Source of the DNA: Candidatus Cloacimonadales bacterium
GTDB lineage: Bacteria > Cloacimonadota > Cloacimonadia > Cloacimonadales > JAFGVF01
Direction: 5' to 3'
DNA: 64,000 nt
NCBI GenBank assembly: GCA_963678315.1
Contig: OY782781.1
Span: forward strand, 2,656,001-2,720,000
How positions within the stretch are numbered: position 1 is the first letter of the stretch; the number at the start of each line of letters is the position of its first letter. Positions 39,397 to 50,096 of this stretch are shown piece by piece. Position numbers and translations under genes: made by a program. Under the pieces are notes generated by a model that worked only from the letters and a program-made list of their open reading frames with translations, had not been told where the DNA came from and did not search any database.

Positions 39397-41061
39397 TTAA
39401 AAACTAGTCTCTAAGCCAAAATGAATTAACCCATCTGAAAGATTGTTCCACCTTTCATTATATCCTAAGCCATATTCAAAGGTTAACATTCCTAATTTAG
39501 TAGATAATCGGAGGCCTATTCCTGTAGAATATAAGTGTCCTTTTCTGGTTTTAACATCATTACGTTCATATTCTAGATAAGCACAATCACCAAAAATAAA
39601 GATGTTGTTTTTCTGACCAAAAATATATCTTAACTCTGAATTGCTTAAGATGGTAAAAAAACCAGAAAACTGTTCTTGTTGAAATCCTCGAAGAGAGGCA
39701 AACCCTCCTAGTTTAAATTCTACATGATTGTTCAGATTACTTTTAGTTGAGTAGTTTAAAGAAAGTCTGTTAAAGACAACAAGCTTGTTTGAAACTGCAG
39801 AGACAAGCCCAATAGTACTTTCTGTAGTATTATATCCAGAACTATCTAATGATGATTTGTTATACTTAAAGCTAATCAAGACATCATGACCATTTAAAGG
39901 ATTATACAATCTATCATAAGAATTATGACTCCACTTCAACCCTATTGAATTAATTGTCTCGCTTGTCTCTTCACTTACTGATGATGTTACATCATAAGAT
40001 GAATATCCATAGAGAGCTGCGAAACTATGTGCTTGATAATCATAATTTAATGCAAGAGAAAGGGATGTTTGATTAGCAAGTGTATCATATTCGATTCTGT
40101 TAATATCTAGATCAGATGAAAAATCATACTCCATAAGTCCTGAATCATGGTATGAAAGCTGAATAATTCTCTTACTAGCTTGTAACTGATTCCATTTAAA
40201 ATCTATAGATCTATCTGTACCAAACAAATTCATAAATTCTAGACTTACAAAGCCTGTTATGGGATCTTCTTCATTGGCTGAGTTATATCCAGCTATACCT
40301 GAAAATCTGGTCATACTTGACTCTACAAGTTCTACTCTCAGTGTTTCATAATCAATAGGATATATTTTGCATTCACTAATATAAGTCTTAGCAAGAAATC
40401 TATTCTGATATGTATTTAACAAATCAGGAGTAATTGCTTTAGACCTGTCGAATCTGGCTATCTTATCTAACACTTTTGGCCTAGATACATTGTTACCAAC
40501 ATAGTCAGTATAGAGATGGCGAAAAGGTTTATTTTCTAAAATTCTGAAAGATATAAGTGCACCATCTTCTTTTTCGTGAATGGTATCAATATTTACTTGG
40601 GTGAAGAAATAACCACGATTGAGATACTCTTGCAATATAGTTTTTTTAATAGTATTTATATCATTTGTTGTATATTTTTTTGAGCTAAGTAAACTTTCTA
40701 AGATAGAAGATTTTACTGCAAAGTTGCCATTAAAGTTGTATCCAGATATATTATTTAAAACATATTCATTTATATCTATCTCAATATTAACTTCATTTGC
40801 TGAAATTGGAATTATTTTCGGAGTTTGAATACTTACAAAATAGATTTCTTTTTGTTGATATAGTTCTAAAATCCTTGAGGGAGCTTTATTTACTAAGACT
40901 ACATCAAGGCTATCTCCCTCATTAAAATTAATTTTTTGAAAGATCTGTTTACTATCTATTAGCTCATTGCCTTCGATGATTATGTTGTCAATAGTTACTG
41001 AGAATAGTCCAACATAAGAAACAATGATTAAGCTAATTAATAAATTAACCCATTTGCTCAT
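39397..41061 (-). CDS. Omp85 (BamA/TamA) family outer-membrane protein with POTRA domains
   Basis: Signal peptide; IDNIIIEGN and YLNRGYF POTRA motifs; NLFGT, LGGFASLRGF; terminal Phe (ETSF). Confidence 0.85.
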   Translation of the reverse strand: MSKWVNLLISLIIVSYVGLFSVTIDNIIIEGNELIDSKQIFQKINFNEGDSLDVVLVNKAPSRILELYQQKEIYFVSIQTPKIIPISANEVNIEIDINEYVLNNISGYNFNGNFAVKSSILESLLSSKKYTTNDINTIKKTILQEYLNRGYFFTQVNIDTIHEKEDGALISFRILENKPFRHLYTDYVGNNVSRPKVLDKIARFDRSKAITPDLLNTYQNRFLAKTYISECKIYPIDYETLRVELVESSMTRFSGIAGYNSANEEDPITGFVSLEFMNLFGTDRSIDFKWNQLQASKRIIQLSYHDSGLMEYDFSSDLDINRIEYDTLANQTSLSLALNYDYQAHSFAALYGYSSYDVTSSVSEETSETINSIGLKWSHNSYDRLYNPLNGHDVLISFKYNKSSLDSSGYNTTESTIGLVSAVSNKLVVFNRLSLNYSTKSNLNNHVEFKLGGFASLRGFQQEQFSGFFTILSNSELRYIFGQKNNIFIFGDCAYLEYERNDVKTRKGHLYSTGIGLRLSTKLGMLTFEYGLGYNERWNNLSDGLIHFGLETSF

Positions 41062-42112
41062 TTAGGTCTGCTTCTATGAGTTTGTGTAATTCAGAAACTA
41101 AGTCTGTTTCCTTTACTTTCTTTATTACTTCTCCTTTCTTAAATAGGAGTCCTTCATTGCTACCACCGGCTATACCATAATCAGCTTCTCTAGCTTCTCC
41201 TGGACCATTAACAATACATCCCATAACAGCAACAGTTATGTTTTTATCCTTAAAATCAATGAGATCTTTTTCTACTTCTTGTGCTAAAGATATTAAATCT
41301 ATTTTGGTCCTTCCACAAGTTGGACAGGATATGATTTGCATACCTTGTTTAAGGTTTAAGCCTAGTAATATTTCTCTAGCCACATGTACTTCATCTACAG
41401 GGTTTGAGGTTAATGAAACTCTTATAGTATCTCCTATTCCTTCATGAAGTAGTATTCCAATACCTATAGCCGATTTCACAGTTCCTCGAACAAATGTTCC
41501 AGCTTCTGTTACGCCCAAGTGTAGTGGATAATCAACACGCTTACTTAGTTCACGATAACTATCAAGCATTAAATCTATATTAGAAGATTTCACAGAAATC
41601 TTAATATTGTTATAGTTTAAATCCTCTAAAATACGTACATGTTCAATGGCAGATTCTACAATTGCATCTTTGCCAAATCCATATTTACTGATTATTTGCT
41701 TGGATAGTGACCCTCCATTAACTCCAATTCTTATTGGAATATTCTTATCCGAAGCAGCTTTAACCACTTCCTTGACTTTCCATACATCACCAATATTTCC
41801 AGGATTTAATCTTAAACCATCAATACCATTTTTTATTGATTCTAGAGCTAGCTTATAATCAAAGTGAATATCAGCAATTGTTGGTATTTTTACTTTAGGT
41901 AATATTTGTTTAAGAGAATCAGCTGAATCCATATCCGGCACAGCTAATCTAATTATCTCACAACCTGCTTTTTCCAATTCATAAATCTGATTTAAGGTTG
42001 AAGTAACATCAGCAGTATTTGTGTTAGTCATTGATTGTATTGAAATAGGTGCATCTCCACCAATATGAATGTTTCCCAATGAAATTTGTCTAGTTTTATT
42101 TCGTATAATCAT
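41045..42112 (-). CDS. ispG: 4-hydroxy-3-methylbut-2-en-1-yl diphosphate synthase
   Basis: IQSMTNT, ADIHF, RLNPGNIG, PLHLGVTEAG, CPTCGR, GCIVNGPGE. Confidence 0.97.
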   Translation of the reverse strand: MIIRNKTRQISLGNIHIGGDAPISIQSMTNTNTADVTSTLNQIYELEKAGCEIIRLAVPDMDSADSLKQILPKVKIPTIADIHFDYKLALESIKNGIDGLRLNPGNIGDVWKVKEVVKAASDKNIPIRIGVNGGSLSKQIISKYGFGKDAIVESAIEHVRILEDLNYNNIKISVKSSNIDLMLDSYRELSKRVDYPLHLGVTEAGTFVRGTVKSAIGIGILLHEGIGDTIRVSLTSNPVDEVHVAREILLGLNLKQGMQIISCPTCGRTKIDLISLAQEVEKDLIDFKDKNITVAVMGCIVNGPGEAREADYGIAGGSNEGLLFKKGEVIKKVKETDLVSELHKLIEADLNEQMG

Positions 42113-42129
42113 AGCATCCTCCTATTTAC

Positions 42130-44106
42130 TTAAAGTAGTCCCCAACGTTTTCTAAAGAATAGTTCTAATGAGAACATAAGTATGAAAATCCCCAATATCC
42201 ATTTGTTAAATAATAATTTGATTTCATGAGGTCTTTCACTAATCACCTCTTCTCTATTTAGAAATTTCTTACTAACTTTAGAATCAGATACATCAATATT
42301 TTTACCATTTGTTAACTTAGAAATCTGTATAAGGAAAGAATTGTTGAAATCATCTTGCTTTTGCTCTTGATTACTATCAAAAACTATGAACTCTAATTTT
42401 CTACTTTCATTTAGATCTGTATCAGTAACTTCAACTGTGTATTGCCCTGCATCAAAATCTTCTAGAGAATAACTATAGCCATTATTAGTTTTTTCCATGA
42501 AATCACTAAAGATTTCCTTGCTATCCTTATCATAAACATCAATTCTTAGTTTTCTATTGTTTACGAAATCACCTTTCTCGTCTAGTATTTGAGAAGTAAT
42601 ATGTACTTGTTCTCCTCTAAAATAACCATCTTTATTGCTAACGACTACAAAGTTCTCTCCAATATCTGATAACAACCAATTAATTGTATTACTGATAAAA
42701 GTATTGTAAGATTCATAATTGCTTCTACTTCCCCATCTCCAGAAGTTTTTAAGCCCAATTTGAAGAATTTTACTTTTGTTTATCTTCATTGTAGCTACAG
42801 CTGGAGACTGCTCCATGTTGTCAATTTTTAACAATAAAGAAGCTGATGCTTTGGCATTGAAGTACTTATATTTAATTGGAGGTAATTCTGTATTCATCTT
42901 AAGATAATCTTTGAAGAAAGATAATTGCTGTCTGTTTGAAGCAATTAAGACATTACCTTCATACTCTTTATCAATATTTGAAGTTGAGAGAGGTGAAATA
43001 TTCTCTAAGCCCTGGATATTATCTCCTATCAAGAATAAACTTAATCCTCGATTAATTTTTAAATTAATTATTTCTCTCATCTCATTAGTTAACTTCAAAG
43101 AACCCTGATTGGATAATATTAGTAAATTAATGCCTTCTAAAGATTGTCTCAACTGAACTTGTTCCTGCTTATTATATAGTTTACTATTTTTTACAACTAT
43201 AACATTGTATGTGAATTTCTTATCTGTAGAAAGAACATCTTTTATAGACTTCACATCCCAATTAGGCTGGTCAGTTATAAATAATATTTTAGCTTTGCTA
43301 TCAGCAACCTTGATGACTCTTTTTTCTACATCAAGAATGTTATCTCCATTTTTGAGTACTATCTCAACAGAATGTAATCCCTCTTCTTTAAAAGTTGCAA
43401 ATAGATTCTTCACAACTCTCTTTTCATTTGATGATATTTTTGAATTGTCCAGAACAAGCTCTTTATCTCTTATTTCTATTTCAGCACCTAAACTTTCTTG
43501 ATTATCAATAGATATTTCGAATGGTACTCTATCTCCAACATAACTATTTCTATTTGAACGAACAGAAATAATTGAAGTTGTCTCATCTTTCAATCCGTTA
43601 GCAAAATTAAATGTATTAATTCTAGATGGATAATTATTGAGAAAATCTAAATCTTCATTGACGTAGTAACCGTCTGAAAATAGAAATATTTCACTATTTA
43701 CAAGGTCTGATTGTTTGTTTACAGATTCTAATGTCTTCACCAAATCTGTATAACCAGTATTACCATTTAAGTCACTAGAAAAATTATATTCAGTAACAGA
43801 GAAATTATTTTCTAATGTTTCTTTTATACTGAATAAACCTTCAGAAACTATATTGCTCTTCTTTTTCCCCTTTACTTCATTATCCATACTTAAAGAATTA
43901 TCAATAAGAACTATTGCTTTAGCTTTGTTTGCTTCTGTTGATGTATAACGGATTACAGGTTTAACAATCATCAAAGCAAGTAGAAAAACAACAATGAATC
44001 TGAGAGAACTTAGACAAAATTTATTCCATATTGAAAGCTCTGGTTTACAGTTCTTATAGAAAACAAACGTATAAACCAGAGCAAGTATAATTGCTATATA
44101 TATCAT
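42130..44106 (-). CDS. Membrane-anchored vWA-domain protein
   Basis: Two N-terminal TMs, MIDAS-like DNSLSM and FSDG, C-terminal TM ending RKRWGLL. Confidence 0.75.
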   Translation of the reverse strand: MIYIAIILALVYTFVFYKNCKPELSIWNKFCLSSLRFIVVFLLALMIVKPVIRYTSTEANKAKAIVLIDNSLSMDNEVKGKKKSNIVSEGLFSIKETLENNFSVTEYNFSSDLNGNTGYTDLVKTLESVNKQSDLVNSEIFLFSDGYYVNEDLDFLNNYPSRINTFNFANGLKDETTSIISVRSNRNSYVGDRVPFEISIDNQESLGAEIEIRDKELVLDNSKISSNEKRVVKNLFATFKEEGLHSVEIVLKNGDNILDVEKRVIKVADSKAKILFITDQPNWDVKSIKDVLSTDKKFTYNVIVVKNSKLYNKQEQVQLRQSLEGINLLILSNQGSLKLTNEMREIINLKINRGLSLFLIGDNIQGLENISPLSTSNIDKEYEGNVLIASNRQQLSFFKDYLKMNTELPPIKYKYFNAKASASLLLKIDNMEQSPAVATMKINKSKILQIGLKNFWRWGSRSNYESYNTFISNTINWLLSDIGENFVVVSNKDGYFRGEQVHITSQILDEKGDFVNNRKLRIDVYDKDSKEIFSDFMEKTNNGYSYSLEDFDAGQYTVEVTDTDLNESRKLEFIVFDSNQEQKQDDFNNSFLIQISKLTNGKNIDVSDSKVSKKFLNREEVISERPHEIKLLFNKWILGIFILMFSLELFFRKRWGLL

Positions 44107-45350
44107 ATTTTAATTTGTGTGTAGAGACCTATTGCTAGAGATTTTGATGAGTTTGAAGGAAATGCAGTTCCTACCGATTGCATGGATATACCTAACTCAA
44201 AGAAGTTAGTTCTGTAGGCAACACCAATTGAGGAAGATAAATCATTTTCACCGTCGTTAAACTGTAATCCTAATTGAATTGGTAAATTATGTAAGTATCT
44301 TATTTCAGTAGCCATTCCTAATCTATTACGACCTAATTTATATTCATTTTCATCAAAGACATGTTCATAATCTAATGAGAAATCTACTTTACCAAAATCA
44401 TATAAGGATCCCATTCTATAGGTTAATGGTAAGGAAGTAGTTCTTCCATCTACATCTTTCAATTCATCTTCATCTGAGAGTAAATCTTCATCTAGATCAG
44501 ATAAATAAACATCTTCCATCCAATAATGAGTCCTTCGAATCTTAGCATCACCAATCCATTTTATGAATCCTGCTATATTATCAAAGCCCATAGAAACATT
44601 TATCTCATCAGTTAGCTGAGAATCAAAGCCTAAATTCGCTTTTAAACCAAGTCCAAAAGCTTGTTCTCTTTGGTATAAATCTGCATCAAAATATATACCT
44701 TCATTTACTGAAGATCTATATTCAGCATTAAATTTAGAAACATCTATTTGTCCTAAACCAGTAAGTAAACTTATGGAAAAACCATAATTTACATCTGGAA
44801 TATTATTCAATTTATCAGTAAGATCTTGCAATTTGAACCCACCCATTCCGTAGGTAATGTCTAGATATGACAAAACTTTGTAATTTATATCAGATTTATT
44901 AAAGTTATAGCTATCATTTTCATTACCATATAATATTATTTCTAGTAATTCTTCTGTAACTTTCATATCTAAAACTGTATTTAGTCCGATTCCAAAAGCT
45001 TTGTTATTTGAACTCATTCCAAAAATTGTGTTTCTCATTGTACCTTCTGCAACAAAATAACCATCAATTTCATCAAGTAATTCTTCTTTGTCTGCTTGAG
45101 TTAAGAATTCTCCGCTAATACCATTCATATCTTGATCAAATAAATTGTTAGTCAAAATAATTCCATTATCTGTTAAAGGAATCACAAATGTTGTTCCCTG
45201 TCCAATTAAAGATGGATTCCAGTAAAGAGCATCTACTCCATTACTTCTAGAAAGATAACTATTTGAATATGCCATTGATTTAGGAGAAGTAAATCCGTAT
45301 ATGCTGATACAACTAATAACTAAAATTATAAACACTATAATTCTTTTCAT
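44103..45350 (-). CDS. Outer-membrane beta-barrel protein (DUF5723/FadL-like)
   Basis: Signal peptide; ALYWNPS N-terminal motif; alternating amphipathic strands; TSLPLTYRMG. Confidence 0.65.
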   Translation of the reverse strand: MKRIIVFIILVISCISIYGFTSPKSMAYSNSYLSRSNGVDALYWNPSLIGQGTTFVIPLTDNGIILTNNLFDQDMNGISGEFLTQADKEELLDEIDGYFVAEGTMRNTIFGMSSNNKAFGIGLNTVLDMKVTEELLEIILYGNENDSYNFNKSDINYKVLSYLDITYGMGGFKLQDLTDKLNNIPDVNYGFSISLLTGLGQIDVSKFNAEYRSSVNEGIYFDADLYQREQAFGLGLKANLGFDSQLTDEINVSMGFDNIAGFIKWIGDAKIRRTHYWMEDVYLSDLDEDLLSDEDELKDVDGRTTSLPLTYRMGSLYDFGKVDFSLDYEHVFDENEYKLGRNRLGMATEIRYLHNLPIQLGLQFNDGENDLSSSIGVAYRTNFFELGISMQSVGTAFPSNSSKSLAIGLYTQIKI

Positions 45351-45352
45351 GC

Positions 45353-46885
45353 TTATTTATCTCCTTCATCTATCATAACATTTAAACTCAGGTCACCTTT
45401 AATAGTTAGTCCATCATTTGCCATTACAACAAGATATCCATCAGTATTATTAAGTTTAACTCTGAATCGTACATATATCTTATCGTTCAAGAATGTGTTT
45501 AAATCCTTATTCAACTCACCTTTACTTAATTCAATTGAGATTATTTGTTCTTCTGAAGTAGCATTTATTTCATTATCGAGAAGTTGTATTTCAGAATTAT
45601 CTAATGATACTTGACTTGTGTCAATTTCAGTTGAAGAAATGTATAAATCAACTTTACCACCAAAATCAAAATTGTTAATTAATGTTAAATCTATACTTGC
45701 ACTATCGACTCTGTCATCAATCATATCTTGATTTGCTGAATCGATTTCTATTTCGATGTAGTCATTAGGTATAATGCTGTAGTCACTAAAAACATCTATT
45801 TCAGCAGGAATGACAACATTAAAATCACATCTTATTGTGTGTTGATTACTTACGAAACCAGGTTCAGTTGCTGTTACATTATTAACTTCATATAGAGGGT
45901 TTATAAAAGCAATTCTATCTGGCATTAATCTAAGCATCTGATTTGCCCTTTCATTATCAACAATATTAATGTCCGTAGTCATTACTTGGCCAGGATTAGT
46001 AGCAGCAGCAGCTGTAAAATCCACTCCTAAATCTTCGTGAATAGATATTCTATCAACTTCAGCCCCATCTTTATATGCTACTAAATCACCAAGAAAATAA
46101 AAATCAAATCCAATTTCATTATATATAGTGAAGTATATGTTTGCAGATTTTATCATAAGAGCATCTTCAACATTCTGTGGATAATCAATATCAACATCCT
46201 GTTCATAATCTAAGGCTCTTACATCATTTATATAGCCATTAAACTCTGAAAACATAATATCGTCCTGCATTGATAAGCGAATTAATCCAAGAGGGGTATT
46301 GTCTGCCAAATCAGATGAGCAATATAAATTAAAATCAAGTATAATGTTTTCTTCATTCAAATCTTGTGATCCAAGTGTCAGTCCATCTAAATGGAATAAA
46401 TACATGGAATCAATAAAATCGTTCTTATTGATTGTAAGAATGTGAGTGCTTCCATCACTATTGAGTAACTGGTTGAATTGTATTTCTATATAGTTAAAAT
46501 CTAAAAAAGAGTCATTTAATTCAATATCCATGACTCCGGATTCAATTATTCCATTTAAAACTCTAATTTCAGTCTCAGGAGTTAATGATTGCAAGAAAAG
46601 ACTGTTAGGAGTCGATTGATTGCTAACTAGAGGTAAATCAGGAGTAGATGAGTTGACTGATTTGACCAATGCTGGTGCTACTTCTTCTATAGAGCCTTCT
46701 ATTGTTACTTTCAGTGTATCATTTTCGATAATTATATTTTCACCTTCAAGATCTGCTGCAGAAAAAGTCCTATTCATTAATGGTATATTCCGCAATCCCA
46801 CTTCCCAAGAAGGAGCTTCAAAATCTGTTAAGCCGCATGCTGCTATCACCAATCCACATAGTAAAATAAGATATCTTAACTTCAT
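45353..46885 (-). CDS. Acidic hypothetical lipoprotein
   Basis: 510 aa, lipobox IAAC, beta-rich; stop lies 2 nt before the barrel gene start. Confidence 0.75.
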   Translation of the reverse strand: MKLRYLILLCGLVIAACGLTDFEAPSWEVGLRNIPLMNRTFSAADLEGENIIIENDTLKVTIEGSIEEVAPALVKSVNSSTPDLPLVSNQSTPNSLFLQSLTPETEIRVLNGIIESGVMDIELNDSFLDFNYIEIQFNQLLNSDGSTHILTINKNDFIDSMYLFHLDGLTLGSQDLNEENIILDFNLYCSSDLADNTPLGLIRLSMQDDIMFSEFNGYINDVRALDYEQDVDIDYPQNVEDALMIKSANIYFTIYNEIGFDFYFLGDLVAYKDGAEVDRISIHEDLGVDFTAAAATNPGQVMTTDINIVDNERANQMLRLMPDRIAFINPLYEVNNVTATEPGFVSNQHTIRCDFNVVIPAEIDVFSDYSIIPNDYIEIEIDSANQDMIDDRVDSASIDLTLINNFDFGGKVDLYISSTEIDTSQVSLDNSEIQLLDNEINATSEEQIISIELSKGELNKDLNTFLNDKIYVRFRVKLNNTDGYLVVMANDGLTIKGDLSLNVMIDEGDK

Positions 46886-46905
46886 AATTGATACTCTCCA
46901 ATTTC

Positions 46906-47874
46906 TTATACTTTAAAATATCCTTTCTCCAAATTATTGTCAATATTTAACTTGATATATTCTGAATTAATAGATTGCTGAAGCAATTTTTTACCATAAC
47001 CACCATGACCAAGAAGAAGTGAAGTATCATATTTGGAGATATAGAGATGGTCATTAAGACCATTAGCTAAAGCGTTAACAATCTTCTTTACAAAAATGTA
47101 GCTTTTTACAAGTTCCCCAAAAGCAGGATGATATGGACCAGCAATAATATTTTCTTTGAAATGAGAATCAACTTGAACTCCGACTTTTATTACTTTGATA
47201 TCTTGCTTTTCAAACTCCTGTGATGTTTCAGCACAAATTTTAATAGCATCTTCTAAGGATAAAGGTGAATAATCACCATTATTGTACAGAGTTTCTAATT
47301 TTGTATTTTTCAGTACAACTGTTGGATAGATTCTAACATATTTAGGCTTCAATCTTATAACCTGCGTGATAGTTTCTTTTAGAGTAGTTTCACTATATGC
47401 GGGTAATCCTGGCATTATCTGGATTCCTAAATCCAAACTATTATCTGAAACTAGTTTACACGCTTCAATCGCAGTATTGCTATCATATCCTCTTCTAGTT
47501 TTTAAAAGGACTTCATCAGTAAAGTCTTGTATTCCTAGCTCAATCGTTTGAAGTCCATACTTTTTACCTAAATCAATATCTTCTTGGTCTAGGCAATCAG
47601 GTCTTGTAGAATATCTTATTTTTGTTAAATCATTAATAAATGGTTTTAGTTTAGAAAACTGTTCTTCTTGCCAAGCTATACTGAAAGCAGTAAAAGTACC
47701 TCCAAAAAAAGCAATTTCTTTGTAGGAAGTCTTGTTAAACTTACAGAAATCTGATATTTCATCTAAGTGTTTATCTATTGAATATTCAGTTTCTCCAGTT
47801 ATTGCATACTGGTCACAATAGATACAACGATAGGGACAACCAGCTAAAGGTAAAAATATAGGGTAAACTTCCAT
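46906..47874 (-). CDS. Radical SAM protein (Elp3-like, lacking an acetyltransferase domain)
   Basis: CPYRCIYC, FFGGTFT, STRPD, IELGIQ, QIMPGLP, GPYHPAFGE; TAATG overlap with rnc. Confidence 0.88.
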   Translation of the reverse strand: MEVYPIFLPLAGCPYRCIYCDQYAITGETEYSIDKHLDEISDFCKFNKTSYKEIAFFGGTFTAFSIAWQEEQFSKLKPFINDLTKIRYSTRPDCLDQEDIDLGKKYGLQTIELGIQDFTDEVLLKTRRGYDSNTAIEACKLVSDNSLDLGIQIMPGLPAYSETTLKETITQVIRLKPKYVRIYPTVVLKNTKLETLYNNGDYSPLSLEDAIKICAETSQEFEKQDIKVIKVGVQVDSHFKENIIAGPYHPAFGELVKSYIFVKKIVNALANGLNDHLYISKYDTSLLLGHGGYGKKLLQQSINSEYIKLNIDNNLEKGYFKV

Positions 47875-48644
47875 TACTTTATCTTAAGAGACTTACAAGC
47901 CTCTTTAGCAGCATTCTGCTGTGCAGTCTTTTTATTAGCCCCAGAACCAGTTCCATAGGATTGTCCTTGAATAAGAACATTAAAAGTAAAAATCTTCTGA
48001 TGGTCTGGACCTTCTTCTGAAACAACTTTGTACATTGGTGGTTCTTGAAATTTTGATTGCGTATATTCTTGCAAAATACTTTTATAATTTGTTAATTCAT
48101 CTCTATTCACATACTTTTCGAAGTCTTTCAATATTCTTTGTTTAATAAATTTCCTTGCTGAATTCATCCCTCCATCAAGATATATTGCACAAATCAAAGC
48201 TTCCATAGAATCCGAAACTATCGATGGTTTGTCTCTTCCCCCACTCTTAGCTTCTTCAGAACTCAATAAAATATACTCACCAAGTTCGATTTCTTTAGCT
48301 TTTAGTGTTAAGAACTTCTCCGATACAATCTTTGATTTTAACTTTGATAGATTACCTTCTTGTTTCTTAGGGAACTTAACGAACAGTTCTTGAGCTACAA
48401 CTAATCCAAGCACTGAATCACCTAAAAACTCCATTCTTTCAAAAGGTGATATATTACTATTACTTCTTTCTTCCTTCTTAAAGAATGAATCATGTGTAAG
48501 AGCATTCTTAACCAAATTGATATTCTTAAATTTATAACCTATAACCAATTGCAGTTCAGCAAGTTTAGCTTCCCAATTATCGCTTACATTCTTATCTACT
48601 TTAACAACAAAATGCTCGATTAGCGATTTCAATAATTGTTTCAT
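47874..48644 (-). CDS. rnc: Ribonuclease III
   Basis: ERMEFLGDSVL signature, DSMEAL, dsRBD NYKSILQE...GPDH...AQQNAA. ATG at 48644 (AGGAG RBS) preferred over 48734. Confidence 0.96.
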   Translation of the reverse strand: MKQLLKSLIEHFVVKVDKNVSDNWEAKLAELQLVIGYKFKNINLVKNALTHDSFFKKEERSNSNISPFERMEFLGDSVLGLVVAQELFVKFPKKQEGNLSKLKSKIVSEKFLTLKAKEIELGEYILLSSEEAKSGGRDKPSIVSDSMEALICAIYLDGGMNSARKFIKQRILKDFEKYVNRDELTNYKSILQEYTQSKFQEPPMYKVVSEEGPDHQKIFTFNVLIQGQSYGTGSGANKKTAQQNAAKEACKSLKIK

Positions 48645-48664
48645 ACTTCTCCTATACAAAAGAA

Positions 48665-48707
48665 GCTCTGAAGAGAATAGATCTAAGCAATCTACTCTCT
48701 TCACAGC
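48665..48707 (-). promoter_or_regulatory. Long stem-loop in the rnc leader
   Basis: mRNA GCUGUGAAGAGAGUAGAU-7 nt loop-AUCUAUUCUCUUCAGAGC: 18-bp stem with one mismatch and one G-U pair. Confidence 0.65.
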
Positions 48708-48710
48708 ATC

Positions 48711-48732
48711 AAAAGAGGGGGATATCTCCCCC
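48711..48732 (-). terminator. Hairpin/terminator after fabF
   Basis: GGGGGA-TATC-TCCCCC, followed by TCTTTT on the minus strand. Confidence 0.5.
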
Positions 48733-48739
48733 ATTTATA

Positions 48740-49981
48740 TTATTTTTTATATTCTTTAAAAATCACAGCTGAATTATGGCCACCAAATCCTAAAGAGTTA
48801 CTTATTGCAGTACTTACTTGTTTTTCTTTAGCTTGATTAGGTGTATAATCTAATCTACAATCTGGATCAGGGTTATCATAATTCATTGTACCATGAATTT
48901 TGTTATCCCTTATTGATAAGCAACAAACAATTGCTTCTATACCTGCAGCAGCACCAAGCATATGACCTACCATTGACTTAGTTGAATTAACACTTAGTTT
49001 TTCAACATAGCTACCAAAAACTGTTTCTATAGCTGCTGATTCATTCTTGTCATTTAATGGAGTAGATGTTCCATGAGCATTAAAATAATCAATTTGCTCA
49101 GGCTTCAAATCAGCATCTTTTAAAGCAAATTCAATTGCTCTAGCTCCACCTTCACCTTGTTCTGCTGGAGCAGTTATGTGGTAAGCATCACATGTAGCAC
49201 CGTATCCAACAACTTCAGCATATATATTAGCTCCACGAGCAAGTGCATGTTCTAATTCTTCCATAACAACCATACCTGCACCTTCAGACATTACAAAACC
49301 ATCACGTTCTTTATCGAAAGGTCTGCTAGCTTTAGTTGGTTCATCATTTCTAGTACTTAGGGCTTTCATTGCACAAAAACCAGCAACAGCCATAGGATTA
49401 ACTGCACCTTCACAACCGCCTGTTAAAACTATATCAGCATCCCCATATTGAATAGCTCTTAGAGAAGTACCTATTGCATGATTAGCACTTGTACAAGCAC
49501 TTACAACATTGAAGTTTATTGCTTTTAAATTGTGTTCAATGGCAATGTGACCTGCTGCAATGTTAGAAATCATTTTTGGGATAAAGAATGGACTAATTCT
49601 CCTTGGCCCTTTAGTAATTAATTTTTCTGTTTCTTCTTGGAATGTCCAAATACCACCTATTCCTGCACCTGTGATACAGCCAGCTCTATATGGATCATAA
49701 TTCCCTTCTGTTAAGCCAGAATCTTTTATCGCTTCTCTAGCTGCTACCATAGCAAACTGTGTATATAAATCTAATTTTTTTACTTCACGTTTGTCGAAGT
49801 AATCCGTAGCAACAAAATCTTTTATTTCTCCGGCAATCTGTGCGTTATATGCTGAAGCATCAAATTTTTCTATTTTACCTATACCAGAAACACCTGCTAA
49901 AAGATTTTCCCACATCTTATCTACATTCAATCCTACAGGGGTTACCGCACCTAGTCCAGTAATAACAACTCTGCGTTTCAT
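48740..49981 (-). CDS. fabF: 3-oxoacyl-ACP synthase II
   Basis: RRVVITGLG, SACTS, NAHGTST, KSMVGHMLGAAA, SNSLGFGGHN. Confidence 0.97.
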   Translation of the reverse strand: MKRRVVITGLGAVTPVGLNVDKMWENLLAGVSGIGKIEKFDASAYNAQIAGEIKDFVATDYFDKREVKKLDLYTQFAMVAAREAIKDSGLTEGNYDPYRAGCITGAGIGGIWTFQEETEKLITKGPRRISPFFIPKMISNIAAGHIAIEHNLKAINFNVVSACTSANHAIGTSLRAIQYGDADIVLTGGCEGAVNPMAVAGFCAMKALSTRNDEPTKASRPFDKERDGFVMSEGAGMVVMEELEHALARGANIYAEVVGYGATCDAYHITAPAEQGEGGARAIEFALKDADLKPEQIDYFNAHGTSTPLNDKNESAAIETVFGSYVEKLSVNSTKSMVGHMLGAAAGIEAIVCCLSIRDNKIHGTMNYDNPDPDCRLDYTPNQAKEKQVSTAISNSLGFGGHNSAVIFKEYKK

Positions 49982-50096
49982 AATCTATCCTTATAAAGTC
50001 TATTTTTATCTTTGTATTTGAATTAAATTCAAAATAATATTTTGAGCTAAGTCCCCTCATTAAAATGAAGAGCCTTAACTCAAAATTAATTAGGTG

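Noticed and set aside
50038..50087. Imperfect stem-loop between acpP and fabF
   Set aside because: Ordinary mRNA-stabilising or partial terminator structure expected after the highly expressed acpP.
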